64,000 nucleotides of DNA from Clostridiales bacterium (GTDB lineage: Bacteria > Bacillota > Clostridia > Christensenellales > QALW01), in assembly GCA_015069575.1 (NCBI GenBank), contig SVIH01000004.1, forward strand, positions 54,859 to 118,858. Reading direction: 5' to 3'. Shown here in pieces: positions 48,878 to 59,011 of this stretch. Below the pieces are notes generated by a model. That model was given only the letters and a program-made list of their open reading frames with translations, was not told where the DNA came from and made no database searches. Position 1 is the first letter of the stretch. Each line of letters opens with the position of its first letter. Position numbers and translations under genes: made by a program.

Positions 48878-49420
48878 TTACTTCTTACCAGCTTTACCCT
48901 CTTTCATAGCAACGTATTCGCCTTCATAACGAATACCCTTGCCATGATAGGGTTCGGGTTCTCTAACAGAACGGATTTCTGCTGCAAACTGACCAACAAC
49001 CTGCTTATCAGCACCACGAACGATGATCTGTGTCTGTGAAGGAACTTCGATTGTGATTCCTTCAGGAGCGTCCATCTCAACGGGGTGTGAATAGCCCATA
49101 TTAAGCACAAGTTTTTTACCGCTTAATGATGCACGGTAACCTGTACCGATAATGGTAAGGCTCTTTGAAAAACCTTCTGAAACACCGATAACCATATTGT
49201 TAATAAGCGTTCTTGTAAGGCCGTGAAGTGCACGGTGATTTTTTTCATCGGAGGGACGGCTAACGATAACTTCGTTGCCTTCAACCTTGATGATCATGTC
49301 CTTGGACAGTTGCTGTGTTAAAGTACCTTTGGGGCCTTTTGCAGTAACTACGTTGCCGTCAGCCACAGTTACTGTTACGCCGGCGGGAATAGCTACGGGA
49401 TTTCTACCTATTCTTGACAT
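48878..49420 (-). CDS. rplF: 50S ribosomal protein L6
   Basis: 180 aa; MSRIGRNP start. Confidence 0.97.
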   Translation of the reverse strand: MSRIGRNPVAIPAGVTVTVADGNVVTAKGPKGTLTQQLSKDMIIKVEGNEVIVSRPSDEKNHRALHGLTRTLINNMVIGVSEGFSKSLTIIGTGYRASLSGKKLVLNMGYSHPVEMDAPEGITIEVPSQTQIIVRGADKQVVGQFAAEIRSVREPEPYHGKGIRYEGEYVAMKEGKAGKK

Positions 49421-49437
49421 AATCTATTTCCTCCTGA

Positions 49438-49836
49438 TTACCATACATAAGCTAAAACTTCGCCGCCGATATTAAGAGCGCGAGCTTGCTTATCTGTCAT
49501 GATGCCCTTTGAAGTGGATATAATTGCAATACCCATACCGCCCAAAACTCTGGGAAGTTCTTCTGCGCGGGCATATACTCTCAAGCCGGGCTTAGAAATT
49601 CTGCGAAGACCTGAGATAATTCTTTCTTTGTTTGCACCGTATTTAAGAGTAATACGGATGGTGCCCTGAGGTACTTCATCAATAACCTCAACACCTTTAA
49701 TGTAGCCTTCATCAAGAAGAAGCTGTGCAATAGCCTGCTTTACGTTTGACTTAGGAATATCTACTGTTAAGTGACGTGCTACCATCGCGTTGCGAATTCT
49801 GGTGAGCATATCTGCAATAGGATCTGTTAAAACCAT
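49438..49836 (-). CDS. rpsH: 30S ribosomal protein S8
   Basis: 132 aa; [13 protein letters not shown]. Confidence 0.97.
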   Translation of the reverse strand: MVLTDPIADMLTRIRNAMVARHLTVDIPKSNVKQAIAQLLLDEGYIKGVEVIDEVPQGTIRITLKYGANKERIISGLRRISKPGLRVYARAEELPRVLGGMGIAIISTSKGIMTDKQARALNIGGEVLAYVW

Positions 49837-49867
49837 TATTGGTATCCTCCTTCCATATATTTGTTAC

Positions 49868-50053
49868 TTACCAACTTGCTTTTTTAACGCCGGGAATCTG
49901 ACCCTTATATGCTAATTCTCTGAAGCAAATACGGCAGATACCGTACTTAGAGAGAACTGCGTGAGGGCGGCCGCAAATGCTGCAGCGAGTGTATTCACGA
50001 GTGGAAAACTTCTGCTTCTTTTGCTGTTTATTGATCATTGCTTTCTTTGCCAT
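49868..50053 (-). CDS. rpsN: 30S ribosomal protein S14, type Z (zinc-binding)
   Basis: 61 aa; CSICGRP...CRIC. Confidence 0.96.
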   Translation of the reverse strand: MAKKAMINKQQKKQKFSTREYTRCSICGRPHAVLSKYGICRICFRELAYKGQIPGVKKASW

Positions 50054-50072
50054 TATCTTATTCCTCCCTCTC

Positions 50073-50612
50073 TTAGTTTGCGTAAGGCATGCCCATGAAG
50101 CCTAAAAGTTCACGAGCTTCCTCGTCTGTATTTGCTGTAGTAACAAATATAATGTCCATACCTCTTACCTTGTCGATCTTATCGTATTCGATTTCAGGGA
50201 AGATAAGCTGTTCTTTAATACCAAGAGCATAGTTTCCTCTACCATCAAATGCGTTGGCTGAAACGCCATGGAAGTCACGAACACGGGGAAGTGCTATGTT
50301 CAAAAGTTTGTCAACGAATTCATACATTCTTTCGCCACGAAGTGTAACCTTTGCGCCGATGTTCATTCCTTCACGAACCTTGAAGTTAGCAACGGACTTT
50401 TTAGCCTTTGTTACGATAGGTGCCTGACCTGTAATAAGTCTGATTTCTTCAACAACAGCCTGGAATTTCTTTGCATCGTCCTTAACATCGCCAAGGCCTA
50501 CATTTACAACTACCTTGTCAAGTTTGGGAACCTGCATTACATTGCTGTAATTGAACTTTTTAACCATTGCGGGAACTATTTCGTTTACGTATTTATCCTT
50601 TAATCTGGCCAT
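50073..50612 (-). CDS. rplE: 50S ribosomal protein L5
   Basis: 179 aa from ATG 50612 (GGGAGGAG RBS); MARLKDKY. Confidence 0.96.
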   Translation of the reverse strand: MARLKDKYVNEIVPAMVKKFNYSNVMQVPKLDKVVVNVGLGDVKDDAKKFQAVVEEIRLITGQAPIVTKAKKSVANFKVREGMNIGAKVTLRGERMYEFVDKLLNIALPRVRDFHGVSANAFDGRGNYALGIKEQLIFPEIEYDKIDKVRGMDIIFVTTANTDEEARELLGFMGMPYAN

Positions 50613-50629
50613 AGTATCTCTCCTCCCAA

Positions 50630-50944
50630 TTACTGAATTGCCTTTTTGCATTCTTTGCAAATACGGGTCTTCTTGCCATCAACAACTTCGTATCCTGCAC
50701 GAACACCTTTTTTGCAGTTGGGGCAGTATAACATTACATTTGAAGCATCAATAGGAGCTTCTTTTTCAATACGGCCACCTGCTTCGCCCATTTTCTTGGG
50801 TTTAGTATGACGGATAATCATATTAGCACCCTCAACAATAAGCTTGTTTTCGCTGGGCATAGCACGAAGAACCTTTTTGGGCTTGGATAAATCCTTGCTT
50901 TCACCGCTAATAACGATAACGGTATCACCTTTTTTGATTTTCAT
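50630..50944 (-). CDS. rplX: 50S ribosomal protein L24 (variant with C-terminal CxxC...CxxC)
   Basis: 104 aa from ATG 50944 (AAGGAGG RBS); KOW motif; CPNC (aa 74-77) and CKEC (aa 96-99). Confidence 0.95.
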   Translation of the reverse strand: MKIKKGDTVIVISGESKDLSKPKKVLRAMPSENKLIVEGANMIIRHTKPKKMGEAGGRIEKEAPIDASNVMLYCPNCKKGVRAGYEVVDGKKTRICKECKKAIQ

Positions 50945-50957
50945 GAATATGTCCTCC

Positions 50958-51326
50958 TTACAGAACTTCCGGTGCAAGAGATATAATCTTCATAAAATCT
51001 TTTTCACGAAGTTCTCTTGCGATGGGTCCGAATACACGGGTGCCACGGGGAAGCTTTTGATCATTGATAATAACTGCAGCGTTATCATCAAAACGGATAT
51101 ATGTTCCGTCAGCACGGCGGGTGGGTTTTGTTGTACGAACGATAACTGCCTTTACAACGTCACCTTTTTTAACTACGCCGCCGGGCGCAGCTGTTTTAAC
51201 TGATGCAACGATGGTATCTCCAACGCTGCCGTATCTTCTGAAAGAGCCACCAAGAACTCTTATGCACATAATCTCTTTTGCGCCGGTATTATCGGCAACC
51301 TTCAATCTTGTTTGAGGTTGTATCAT
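50958..51326 (-). CDS. rplN: 50S ribosomal protein L14
   Basis: 122 aa; [17 protein letters not shown]. Confidence 0.97.
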   Translation of the reverse strand: MIQPQTRLKVADNTGAKEIMCIRVLGGSFRRYGSVGDTIVASVKTAAPGGVVKKGDVVKAVIVRTTKPTRRADGTYIRFDDNAAVIINDQKLPRGTRVFGPIARELREKDFMKIISLAPEVL

Positions 51327-51362
51327 TTTTTACCCCTTTCCGGTAAAACAGTTTAAAAAAGC

Positions 51363-51617
51363 TTATTTTGCCTTTTCAACTATTTCAACCAATCTCCATC
51401 TTTTATCTTTGCTCAGCGGTTTTGTTTCCATAATGCGAACGGTATCACCAATTCCGCATTCATTGTTTTCATCGTGAGCTTTAAATTTTGTTGTACGGTT
51501 TACAGTCTTACCATAAAGAGGATGAAGAACCTTTGTTTTTACTGCAACAACGATTGTCTTATCCATTTTATCGCTGACAACTGTACCTACTCTCTGTTTA
51601 CGAAAATTTCTTTCCAC
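51363..51617 (-). CDS. rpsQ: 30S ribosomal protein S17
   Basis: 84 aa from GTG 51617 (MERNFRK, GGAGG 9 nt upstream); the ORF-track TTG start abuts the RBS. Confidence 0.94.
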   Translation of the reverse strand: MERNFRKQRVGTVVSDKMDKTIVVAVKTKVLHPLYGKTVNRTTKFKAHDENNECGIGDTVRIMETKPLSKDKRWRLVEIVEKAK

Positions 51618-51631
51618 AGTCCTCAACCTCC

Positions 51632-51826
51632 TTAGCCCTTAAGCTCTAATTCTCTGAGTATGGTCATAACCCTTGCAATATCCTTTTTGCAGGCATCAAT
51701 TTGCTTCAGGTTAGTAAGCTGACCGGTGGCATTTTGAAATCTGAGGTTTAAAAGCTCTCTCTTAAGCTCAGCGAGCTTTTTGTTAAGCTCTGCAGCGTTC
51801 ATTTCACGAAGCTTACTCGGTTTCAT
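51632..51826 (-). CDS. rpmC: 50S ribosomal protein L29
   Basis: 64 aa; ATG overlaps the rplP stop (TGATG). Confidence 0.95.
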   Translation of the reverse strand: MKPSKLREMNAAELNKKLAELKRELLNLRFQNATGQLTNLKQIDACKKDIARVMTILRELELKG

Positions 51827-52263
51827 CAAACTTCACCGTCCTGTTCTTTATTGTAATCTTCCCTTTTAACGAATTTAACCTTAATGGGAAGCTTGTGGCT
51901 TGCAAGACGCAATGCCTCACGTGCAGTAGCCTCATCAACACCGTTCATTTCAAAAAGAACACGGCCGGGCTTAACTACTGCTACCCAGTATTCAGGTGAA
52001 CCCTTACCTGAACCCATTCGGGTTTCAGCAGGTTTAGCTGTTACGGGCTTATCGGGGAATATTTTAATCCAAACCTGACCGCTACGTTTGATATATCTTG
52101 TCATAGCGATACGGGCTGCTTCGATCTGTGCGCTCTTGATCCAGCCTGGTTCAAGTGCTACAAGACCGTAATCACCGTAAGCGATGAAGTTACCGCGCTG
52201 TGCTGTACCCTTCATTCTGCCACGGAAAACTCTTCTTCTTTTAACTCTTTTGGGCATTAACAT
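51826..52263 (-). CDS. rplP: 50S ribosomal protein L16
   Basis: 145 aa; MLMPKRVK. Confidence 0.97.
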   Translation of the reverse strand: MLMPKRVKRRRVFRGRMKGTAQRGNFIAYGDYGLVALEPGWIKSAQIEAARIAMTRYIKRSGQVWIKIFPDKPVTAKPAETRMGSGKGSPEYWVAVVKPGRVLFEMNGVDEATAREALRLASHKLPIKVKFVKREDYNKEQDGEV

Positions 52264-52265
52264 GA

Positions 52266-52922
52266 TTACTTGCCTCCTTCTGCTTTAGCAGCCTTCTTTG
52301 CAAGAACTTCTCCCTTGTAAACCCAAACCTTTACACCGATACGGCCATAAGTTGTTGCTGCTTCAGCAAAACCATAGTCGATATCTGCACGAAGTGTCTG
52401 AAGGGGAATGCTGCCTTCATGATAGCCTTCGCTACGTGCAATTTCTGCACCGCCAAGACGACCTGATACTAAAATCTTGATACCCTTTGCGCCTGCACGG
52501 GTAACTCTCTGCATTGACTGCTTCATAGCACGGCGGAAAGATACACGTTTTTCAAGCTGCTGTGCAATGGATTCTGCAACAAGCTGTGCATCCATATCGG
52601 GCTTCTTGATTTCCATAATGTTAACCTTAACATTTTTACCAACAAGCTTCTGAACATCCTGGCTTAATGCTTCGATGCCAGCGCCGCCCTTACCAATAAG
52701 TGCGCCGGGCTTAGCGGTGTAAATGAAAAGTGTTACATTGTTGCTTTTACGTTCAATTTCAATTTTTGAAACGCTGAAAGTATAAAGTTTGTTCTTTAAA
52801 TATGTGCGGAGCTTGTTATCTTCTGCGATATTAGCTGCCATATCTTTGCCTGCGATCCAACGTGAATCCCAGTTTTTAATAACGCCTACTCTAAGGCCGT
52901 GGGGATTAACTTTCTGTCCCAT
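52266..52922 (-). CDS. rpsC: 30S ribosomal protein S3
   Basis: 218 aa; [11 protein letters not shown]; KH domain. Confidence 0.97.
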   Translation of the reverse strand: MGQKVNPHGLRVGVIKNWDSRWIAGKDMAANIAEDNKLRTYLKNKLYTFSVSKIEIERKSNNVTLFIYTAKPGALIGKGGAGIEALSQDVQKLVGKNVKVNIMEIKKPDMDAQLVAESIAQQLEKRVSFRRAMKQSMQRVTRAGAKGIKILVSGRLGGAEIARSEGYHEGSIPLQTLRADIDYGFAEAATTYGRIGVKVWVYKGEVLAKKAAKAEGGK

Positions 52923-52924
52923 AA

Positions 52925-53323
52925 TTACTTATCCTCCTTCTTCTCATCAAGGATAACTGTGATGTGGCTTGAACGCTTTAAAATAGGTGCTGCGCTACCT
53001 TTTGCGCGGGGTCTGAAACGTTTAAGTGTGGGACCCTGGTTTGCATAAACTTCAGCTACATAAAGATTATCTCTGTTAAGGTACGGAGGGTTGTTCTCCG
53101 CATTGGCTATTGCTGATGCAAGAACCTTTTCTACAACGGGGGATGCTGCCTTAGGTGTAAACTGAAGGATAGCAAGAGCCTCGTCTACCTGCTTGCCGCG
53201 AATAAGATCGATAACAATGCGAACTTTACGGGAAGAGATACGAATGTACTTTGCAATAGCTTTAGGTCTTCTATCGCGGTTTTCTTGACGTTTTGCCGCT
53301 TTTTCTTTCATTCTTGTTGCCAT
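52925..53323 (-). CDS. rplV: 50S ribosomal protein L22
   Basis: 132 aa; uL22 core preceded by a basic N-terminal extension. Confidence 0.96.
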   Translation of the reverse strand: MATRMKEKAAKRQENRDRRPKAIAKYIRISSRKVRIVIDLIRGKQVDEALAILQFTPKAASPVVEKVLASAIANAENNPPYLNRDNLYVAEVYANQGPTLKRFRPRAKGSAAPILKRSSHITVILDEKKEDK

Positions 53324-53338
53324 TAGCTAAACCTCCTA

Positions 53339-53617
53339 TTACCTTCCTGAAGACTTCTCGGAACCCGAGTGACCTCTGAATGTTCTTGTAGGTGCAAATT
53401 CACCTAACTTATGTCCTACCATATCTTCTGTGATATAAACAGGAACATGCTTTCTGCCGTCATGAACGGCTAATGTATGGCTTACCATCTGGGGAAAGAT
53501 CGTTGATGATCTTGACCAGGTTTTGATAACTTTCTTTTCCCCGGAAGCATTCATTTCTTCAACCTTCTTTAAAAGCTTAGCGCTTATAAATGGTCCTTTT
53601 TTAACTGACCTGCTCAT
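53339..53617 (-). CDS. rpsS: 30S ribosomal protein S19
   Basis: 92 aa; [10 protein letters not shown]. Confidence 0.97.
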   Translation of the reverse strand: MSRSVKKGPFISAKLLKKVEEMNASGEKKVIKTWSRSSTIFPQMVSHTLAVHDGRKHVPVYITEDMVGHKLGEFAPTRTFRGHSGSEKSSGR

Positions 53618-53638
53618 AATGAGTCTCCTTCCGATTTA

Positions 53639-54469
53639 TTAGCCGTTGCGGCGTTTTACGATATATTTGTTTGATTTGTTCTTCTTTGAACGAGTCTTGT
53701 AACCAAGTGCAGGCTTACCCCAAGGAGTAACAGGGCCTGGACGGCCAACAGGGGATTTACCTTCACCACCACCGTGGGGGTGATCACATGGGTTCATAAC
53801 AACACCGCGAACGGTGGGACGAACGCCCATGTGGCGCTTTCTACCGGCTTTACCGATAGATACGTTTTCATGATCAAGGTTACCAACCTGACCGATTGTA
53901 GCCTTGCATTCAAGAAGAATGTAACGAACTTCGCCTGAGGGAAGACGAACCTGTGCGTATTTTTCTTCCTTTGACATAAGCTGTGCTGCATTACCTGCTG
54001 CACGAACAAGCTGACCGCCTTTGCCGGGCATAAGCTCAATATTGTGAATAAGAGTACCAACAGGGATGTTCTTAATCTTAAGAGCGTTACCGGGCTTAAT
54101 ATCAGCGTTTTCGCCTGAAAGAATAGTGTCGCCAACATTAATACCTACGGGTGCTAAAATGTAGCGTTTTTCACCATCAGCGTAGTTGAGAAGTGCAATG
54201 TTAGCACTGCGGTTAGGATCGTATTCGATTGATGCTACACGAGCCTGAACATCATCCTTATTACGCTTGAAATCGATAATTCTGTATTTTCTTGTGTTTC
54301 CGCCACCGTGATGACGAACTGTTAAACGACCTGCATTGTTTCTACCGCCACTCTTTGAAACCTTGTCAAGCAAGGAGCGTTCAGGAGTGGTTTTTGTGAT
54401 TTCTTCAAAGGTTGAAACCGACATAAAACGTCTTGCAGGGGAAGTCGGTTTATACTTTCTGATACCCAT
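53639..54469 (-). CDS. rplB: 50S ribosomal protein L2
   Basis: 276 aa from ATG 54469 ([11 protein letters not shown]); HPHGGGEG. Confidence 0.97.
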   Translation of the reverse strand: MGIRKYKPTSPARRFMSVSTFEEITKTTPERSLLDKVSKSGGRNNAGRLTVRHHGGGNTRKYRIIDFKRNKDDVQARVASIEYDPNRSANIALLNYADGEKRYILAPVGINVGDTILSGENADIKPGNALKIKNIPVGTLIHNIELMPGKGGQLVRAAGNAAQLMSKEEKYAQVRLPSGEVRYILLECKATIGQVGNLDHENVSIGKAGRKRHMGVRPTVRGVVMNPCDHPHGGGEGKSPVGRPGPVTPWGKPALGYKTRSKKNKSNKYIVKRRNG

Positions 54470-54562
54470 TGAAATTAACTCCATTTCTCAGCAGCTGAAT
54501 TTTATCACTTACGGGCGCTGTTTGCTGCTGTTATGCAACCCGAAGTATAATTAAATCTTAAA

Positions 54563-54853
54563 TTAAGCCATATTCTCAAAGAATTCAATAGCTTTTGAAT
54601 CCTTTTTAAGAACTACATAAGCCTTTTTAACTGTTGAGGTTCTGCCCTCATACTTGCCCATACGTTTAAGTTTGCCCTGAGTAACAACTGTGTTAACCTT
54701 TTCAACCTTCACGCCGAAGATTTCTTCAACTGCGGTTTTGATCTGGGTTTTAGTTGCCTTAGGTGCTACCTGGAAAACGTAGCGCTTATCAGCCATCATA
54801 TCATAGCTCTTTTCAGTGAGAACAGGTTTGATAATGATATCTTCGTTAAACAT
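54563..54853 (-). CDS. rplW: 50S ribosomal protein L23
   Basis: 96 aa; uL23 sequence. Confidence 0.96.
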   Translation of the reverse strand: MFNEDIIIKPVLTEKSYDMMADKRYVFQVAPKATKTQIKTAVEEIFGVKVEKVNTVVTQGKLKRMGKYEGRTSTVKKAYVVLKKDSKAIEFFENMA

Positions 54854-55473
54854 TATGCATATACCTCCTCAAGCTTTTTGAGTGCAGCCTTTGTAAGAAT
54901 AAGCTTGTCGTGATTAAGAATATCAACAACATTGATAGTGTTAACAAGACCTGTTTTAACGCCAGGAATGTTAGCAGCTGCTCTTTCTACATTAGCTGTA
55001 GGTTCTTCGTTAATGATGTAAGCCTTGCCTTCAACCTTAAGGTTTGCAAGAACTTTAACCATCGCCTTTGTTTTTGCTTCAATTTCAAGGGCATCAAGAA
55101 TAATAATGTCCTTATCTGTTGCTTTTGATGTAAGTGCGCCTTTAAGAGCAAGCCTCTTAACCTTTTTGGGAACTGTAATTGAGAAATCTCTTGACTTAGG
55201 TGCAAATACTACGCCGCCCTTATAATACTGAGGTGAACGGCTTGAACCCTGACGGGAACGACCGGTACCTTTCTGACGGAAGGGCTTTCTACCGCCACCG
55301 GCAACCTCTGTACGAGTGAGTGTGCCTTTTGTGCCCTGACGCTTGTTTGCAAGCTGTGCACGAACTACTGTATGAAGAACATGAGTGTTAACCTCAACTT
55401 CAAAGATATCTTTCTTCAAAGTAACGGTTGAAACCTTTTCGCCTTCAATGTTATATACATTAACTCTTGGCAT
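54853..55473 (-). CDS. rplD: 50S ribosomal protein L4
   Basis: 206 aa; uL4 sequence ([19 protein letters not shown]). Confidence 0.97.
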   Translation of the reverse strand: MPRVNVYNIEGEKVSTVTLKKDIFEVEVNTHVLHTVVRAQLANKRQGTKGTLTRTEVAGGGRKPFRQKGTGRSRQGSSRSPQYYKGGVVFAPKSRDFSITVPKKVKRLALKGALTSKATDKDIIILDALEIEAKTKAMVKVLANLKVEGKAYIINEEPTANVERAAANIPGVKTGLVNTINVVDILNHDKLILTKAALKKLEEVYA

Positions 55474-55487
55474 ACCTGCTTACCTCC

Positions 55488-56123
55488 TTACTTACGTTTA
55501 ACTGACTGCTTAATTGTAAGCAGTGCACCTTGAGCACCGGGAACTGCGCCTTTGATTAAAAGAACGCCTCTTTCAGTGTCAACGCGAACGATCTGAAGAT
55601 TCTGAACAGTTACCTGCTCGTTACCCCACTGACCTGGCATGTGCTTGTTTTTGAACACGTGGCTGGGTGATGAGCTTGCGCCCATTGAACCTACAACCCT
55701 GTGTGCACCTGAACCGTGTGACATGGGACCTGTGTGCTGATTCCATCTCTGGATAACACCTGAGAATCCGTGACCCTTTGTTTTTGCTGTAACATCAACC
55801 TTATCACCTTCTGCAAAAATATCGCAGTTGATAACGTCGCCTGCCTTATAATCGGCAGCATTTTCGAATTTGAATTCACGCATATAACGCGCTGCGGGAA
55901 CGTTTGCCTTAACAAACTGACCCTTGTCGGCTTTGTTTACATTCTGTTCCTTTACAGTGCCAAAGCCCACTTTAACGGCTTCGTAGCCGTCCTTTTCCTG
56001 TGTTTTAACCTGCACTACTGAGCAGGGGCCGGCCTGAACGACTGTTACAGGAACTACTGTGCCATCTTGTGCAAAGATCTGTGTCATACCGATCTTTTTG
56101 CCTAAAATACCTTTTGTCATCAT
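55488..56123 (-). CDS. rplC: 50S ribosomal protein L3
   Basis: 211 aa; GILGKKIGMTQIF. Confidence 0.97.
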   Translation of the reverse strand: MMTKGILGKKIGMTQIFAQDGTVVPVTVVQAGPCSVVQVKTQEKDGYEAVKVGFGTVKEQNVNKADKGQFVKANVPAARYMREFKFENAADYKAGDVINCDIFAEGDKVDVTAKTKGHGFSGVIQRWNQHTGPMSHGSGAHRVVGSMGASSSPSHVFKNKHMPGQWGNEQVTVQNLQIVRVDTERGVLLIKGAVPGAQGALLTIKQSVKRK

Positions 56124-56135
56124 CGTTCATCCTCC

Positions 56136-56444
56136 TTATAATTTAATGTTAATGTCAACACCGGCAGCAAGATCCAACTTCATAAGTGCATCTACTGTTT
56201 TAGGACCAGCGTTGTAAATGTCTATAAGACGTTTGTGAGTACGAAGTTCAAACTGTTCACGGCTATCCTTATATTTATGAGGAGCACGGAGAATAGTAAT
56301 TACTTCCTTCTCAGTTGGTAATGGAATGGGACCACTTACTGTGGCTCCGGTTTTGACCGCTGTATCAACGATCTTTTCGGCTGACTGATCAATAAGGTTA
56401 TGATCATAAGCCTTTAACTTGATTCTGATTTTTTGCGATGCCAT
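56136..56444 (-). CDS. rpsJ: 30S ribosomal protein S10
   Basis: 102 aa; [10 protein letters not shown]. Confidence 0.97.
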   Translation of the reverse strand: MASQKIRIKLKAYDHNLIDQSAEKIVDTAVKTGATVSGPIPLPTEKEVITILRAPHKYKDSREQFELRTHKRLIDIYNAGPKTVDALMKLDLAAGVDINIKL

Positions 56445-56649
56445 TTATATACCTCCTTATTTCCGGCTCAAATACACTGCACCGTGTGTGCCGCTTTTAA
56501 AATTTTTAAGCGGCGGTGGGTACTTGGCCTTTCGCCCGATTGTCCGGACAATTGTCCACGGAAATTACCTGCATTCAAAGGAGCAGCAACCTTCCGCTTC
56601 ATACCATTTACGCTAAAACAAGCGCAGTTATCCCACCGCATAGGACAAC
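56445..56649 (-). promoter_or_regulatory. Structured ~205-nt 5' leader of the S10 operon (candidate r-protein autoregulatory element)
   Basis: 8-bp long-range helix GCGGTGGG/CCCACCGC (56632-56639 with 56513-56520) encloses ~110 nt. Overlapping palindromes TTGTCCGGACAATTGTCC (56540-56557). Hairpin GCCGCTT...AAGCGGC. Confidence 0.4.
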
Positions 56650-56655
56650 GTGAAG

Positions 56656-56684
56656 ATTATATAATACAATTTTCATTTTTGCAA
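56656..56684 (-). promoter_or_regulatory. Sigma-A promoter of the S10 operon
   Basis: Minus strand TTGCAA-17 nt-TATAAT. Confidence 0.6.
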
Positions 56685-56783
56685 CTGTTTTTTTATATTT
56701 AATTGTGAACTTTTTGTAAACTTTGACTTTTATCAGCTTTTCTTCATATATTTTAATAAAACACTTTTGCCTGGGGTGATATT

Positions 56784-57707
56784 ATGGCTTCCCTTATTTT
56801 AAACACCAACATTGATTGCGCAATAACCTTTAACGGATCGTTTCAAGGTGCATTATATAATAATAAAGAAATATCCCTGCCTCTTATAAATGATGAAATA
56901 GTTATTTGTGCCACCGCATTTGATAACAACTTTTTGCCCATCAACTGTTTTATTACGTCTGACCCTGTTCGCCTGCAAAAAGGAAGTGCCCATCTTTATA
57001 AATGGAATGAAGAAATCTATGTGCTGTCTTTTATATTTGAGAAATTCTGTTGCTCAACACCGCCTATCATTTTAAAGGAACTTCCATGGGCAAAAGGCTT
57101 TTTAGGGCTTTGCGGTGACTATCTTGTTTATGAGAATCAAAAAGGCACGCGGACTTATTTTCCTGAACCTGTTTTAGATTTCCAACCGCTTAACGATTCG
57201 TTTGTGCTTGCAAGAACAGGCACCCATATTATTCCGCTTAACAAAAATCTTACGCCGTTTTGCAACCCCCTGCCTTGCAGAGAGTATTTTTTAAATGGTG
57301 AAAATTTAGAAATTGTTTTTTCGCCAGGCGATATGGATTTCATCGATGTGCATCAAACTTTTAATGAAAATCTTAATTTAATTAAAACAGAAATAGTTCC
57401 TTGCGTATGTAATAATGTATTTGATCATCTGCGCTTGTTCTGCCAGGCTGTGCGCCTTGACATCAGGGACCTTGCTCTTAACTACCTTACCCCATCATTA
57501 AAAAAAGAAATGGATTTTAATAGCATAAAAAATTTCCTTGGAATTTTTGACCAGACCGACAAACCAAAGTATCTTTCAAATTTAAACGAAAATGCTGTTG
57601 CTTTAAGATATAAAATAGATGAGCACAACTTCCACTATATGTGCTATGAGTTTAATATTGTTACCACAACGGGTATGCCTTTAATAGATGACATTCAGGA
57701 GTTATAA
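56784..57707 (+). CDS. Hypothetical cytoplasmic protein, cysteine-rich, no family recognised
   Basis: 307-aa ORF with GGGGTG RBS; no TM or signal peptide; 14 Cys including CC, CxxxPC, CVC. Confidence 0.6.
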   Translation: MASLILNTNIDCAITFNGSFQGALYNNKEISLPLINDEIVICATAFDNNFLPINCFITSDPVRLQKGSAHLYKWNEEIYVLSFIFEKFCCSTPPIILKELPWAKGFLGLCGDYLVYENQKGTRTYFPEPVLDFQPLNDSFVLARTGTHIIPLNKNLTPFCNPLPCREYFLNGENLEIVFSPGDMDFIDVHQTFNENLNLIKTEIVPCVCNNVFDHLRLFCQAVRLDIRDLALNYLTPSLKKEMDFNSIKNFLGIFDQTDKPKYLSNLNENAVALRYKIDEHNFHYMCYEFNIVTTTGMPLIDDIQEL

Positions 57708-57828
57708 ATACAGGGTATATATAAATGAATTCATTATTATATATATAGATTTATTTTTATTATGATTTTTATGCATATTCATTGAATATTATGTATAAAA
57801 ATTCTTTTAAAATTAACCGTAAAAACAC

Positions 57829-57857
57829 TTTACATTATTATAATACAGTAGTATAAT
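57829..57857 (+). promoter_or_regulatory. Candidate promoter of serC-serA
   Basis: TTTACA-17 nt-TATAAT, 65 nt upstream of serC. Confidence 0.5.
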
Positions 57858-57921
57858 AAAGCAAATACAAGAAATTGTATAATAGAAATATTATGGCGTA
57901 ACGCTATTTAGGAGGCAAAAA

Positions 57922-59001
57922 ATGAGAGTTTATAACTTTAGTGCCGGTCCGTCAATGCTGCCGGAATCGGTATTACAAAAAGCAGCAGCAGATATGCTTG
58001 ATTATGAAGGCTCAGGAATGAGTGTTCTTGAAATGAGCCACCGTGCAAAGTGTTACGATGCTATTATTAAAGAAGCCGAAGCATTAATTCGCGAACTTAT
58101 GAATATTCCGGATAATTATAAGGTGCTTTTCCTTCAAGGTGGCGCAAGCACACAGTTTGCATCCGTTGCACTTAACCTTCACAAAAATGGCAAGGCAGAT
58201 TATATCGTTTCAGGTAACTTTTCAAACCTTTGCTTTAAAGAAGGCAAAAGGCTTACAAATGCCCGTGCAATTGCTTCAAGCGAAGATGCAACTTATACAT
58301 ATGTTCCAAAAGTAACAAAAGATATGGTTGATCCTGAAGCAGACTTTTTACACATCTGTTTTAACAACACCATCTTTGGTACAAAGTACAATTACATTCC
58401 CGAAACACCTGAAAATGTTCCGTTAGTTGCAGATATGTCATCAATGATTCTTTCTGAACCTGTTGACGTATCAAAGTTTGGCGTTATCTACGCAGGCGCA
58501 CAGAAGAACATCGGTCCTGCCGGTGTAACAGTTGTTATCGTTCGTGACGACCTTTTGGAAAACTTCACCGAAAACTGCCCCACAATGCTTAAATGGAAAA
58601 CACAGGCAGATAAAGACAGCCTTTATAACACTCCCCCATGCTACAGCATTTATGTTTCAATGCTTGTTTTCCGTTGGATTAAGGAAATGGGCGGTGTTGA
58701 GGCTATTTATAAGACAAATGTTAAAAAAGCAAATATGCTTTACGATTATATTGATTCCTCAGATTTTTATAAGAACAGCGTTCAGAAAGAAGACCGTTCA
58801 CTTATGAACGTACCTTTTGTTACACCCAGCGAAGAGCTTGACGCAAAATTCGTTAAAGAAGCATCTGCAGAAGGTCTTGTTTCACTTAAAGGCCACCGTC
58901 TTGTTGGTGGTATGCGTGCATCTATCTATAACGCTATGCCTGTTGAAGGTATTGAAAAGCTTATCGCATTTATGAAGAAGTTTGAAGCAGAAAATAAGTG
59001 A
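57922..59001 (+). CDS. serC: Phosphoserine aminotransferase
   Basis: 359 aa; MRVYNFSAGPSMLP; PLP-lysine region (YAGAQKNIGPAG). Confidence 0.93.
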   Translation: MRVYNFSAGPSMLPESVLQKAAADMLDYEGSGMSVLEMSHRAKCYDAIIKEAEALIRELMNIPDNYKVLFLQGGASTQFASVALNLHKNGKADYIVSGNFSNLCFKEGKRLTNARAIASSEDATYTYVPKVTKDMVDPEADFLHICFNNTIFGTKYNYIPETPENVPLVADMSSMILSEPVDVSKFGVIYAGAQKNIGPAGVTVVIVRDDLLENFTENCPTMLKWKTQADKDSLYNTPPCYSIYVSMLVFRWIKEMGGVEAIYKTNVKKANMLYDYIDSSDFYKNSVQKEDRSLMNVPFVTPSEELDAKFVKEASAEGLVSLKGHRLVGGMRASIYNAMPVEGIEKLIAFMKKFEAENK

Positions 59002-59011
59002 GGATAAAAAA

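Noticed and set aside
56419-56702. 65-aa and 89-aa plus-strand ORFs upstream of rpsJ
   Set aside because: They lie antisense within the S10 promoter/leader region with no RBS. The region is better explained as a structured 5' UTR.
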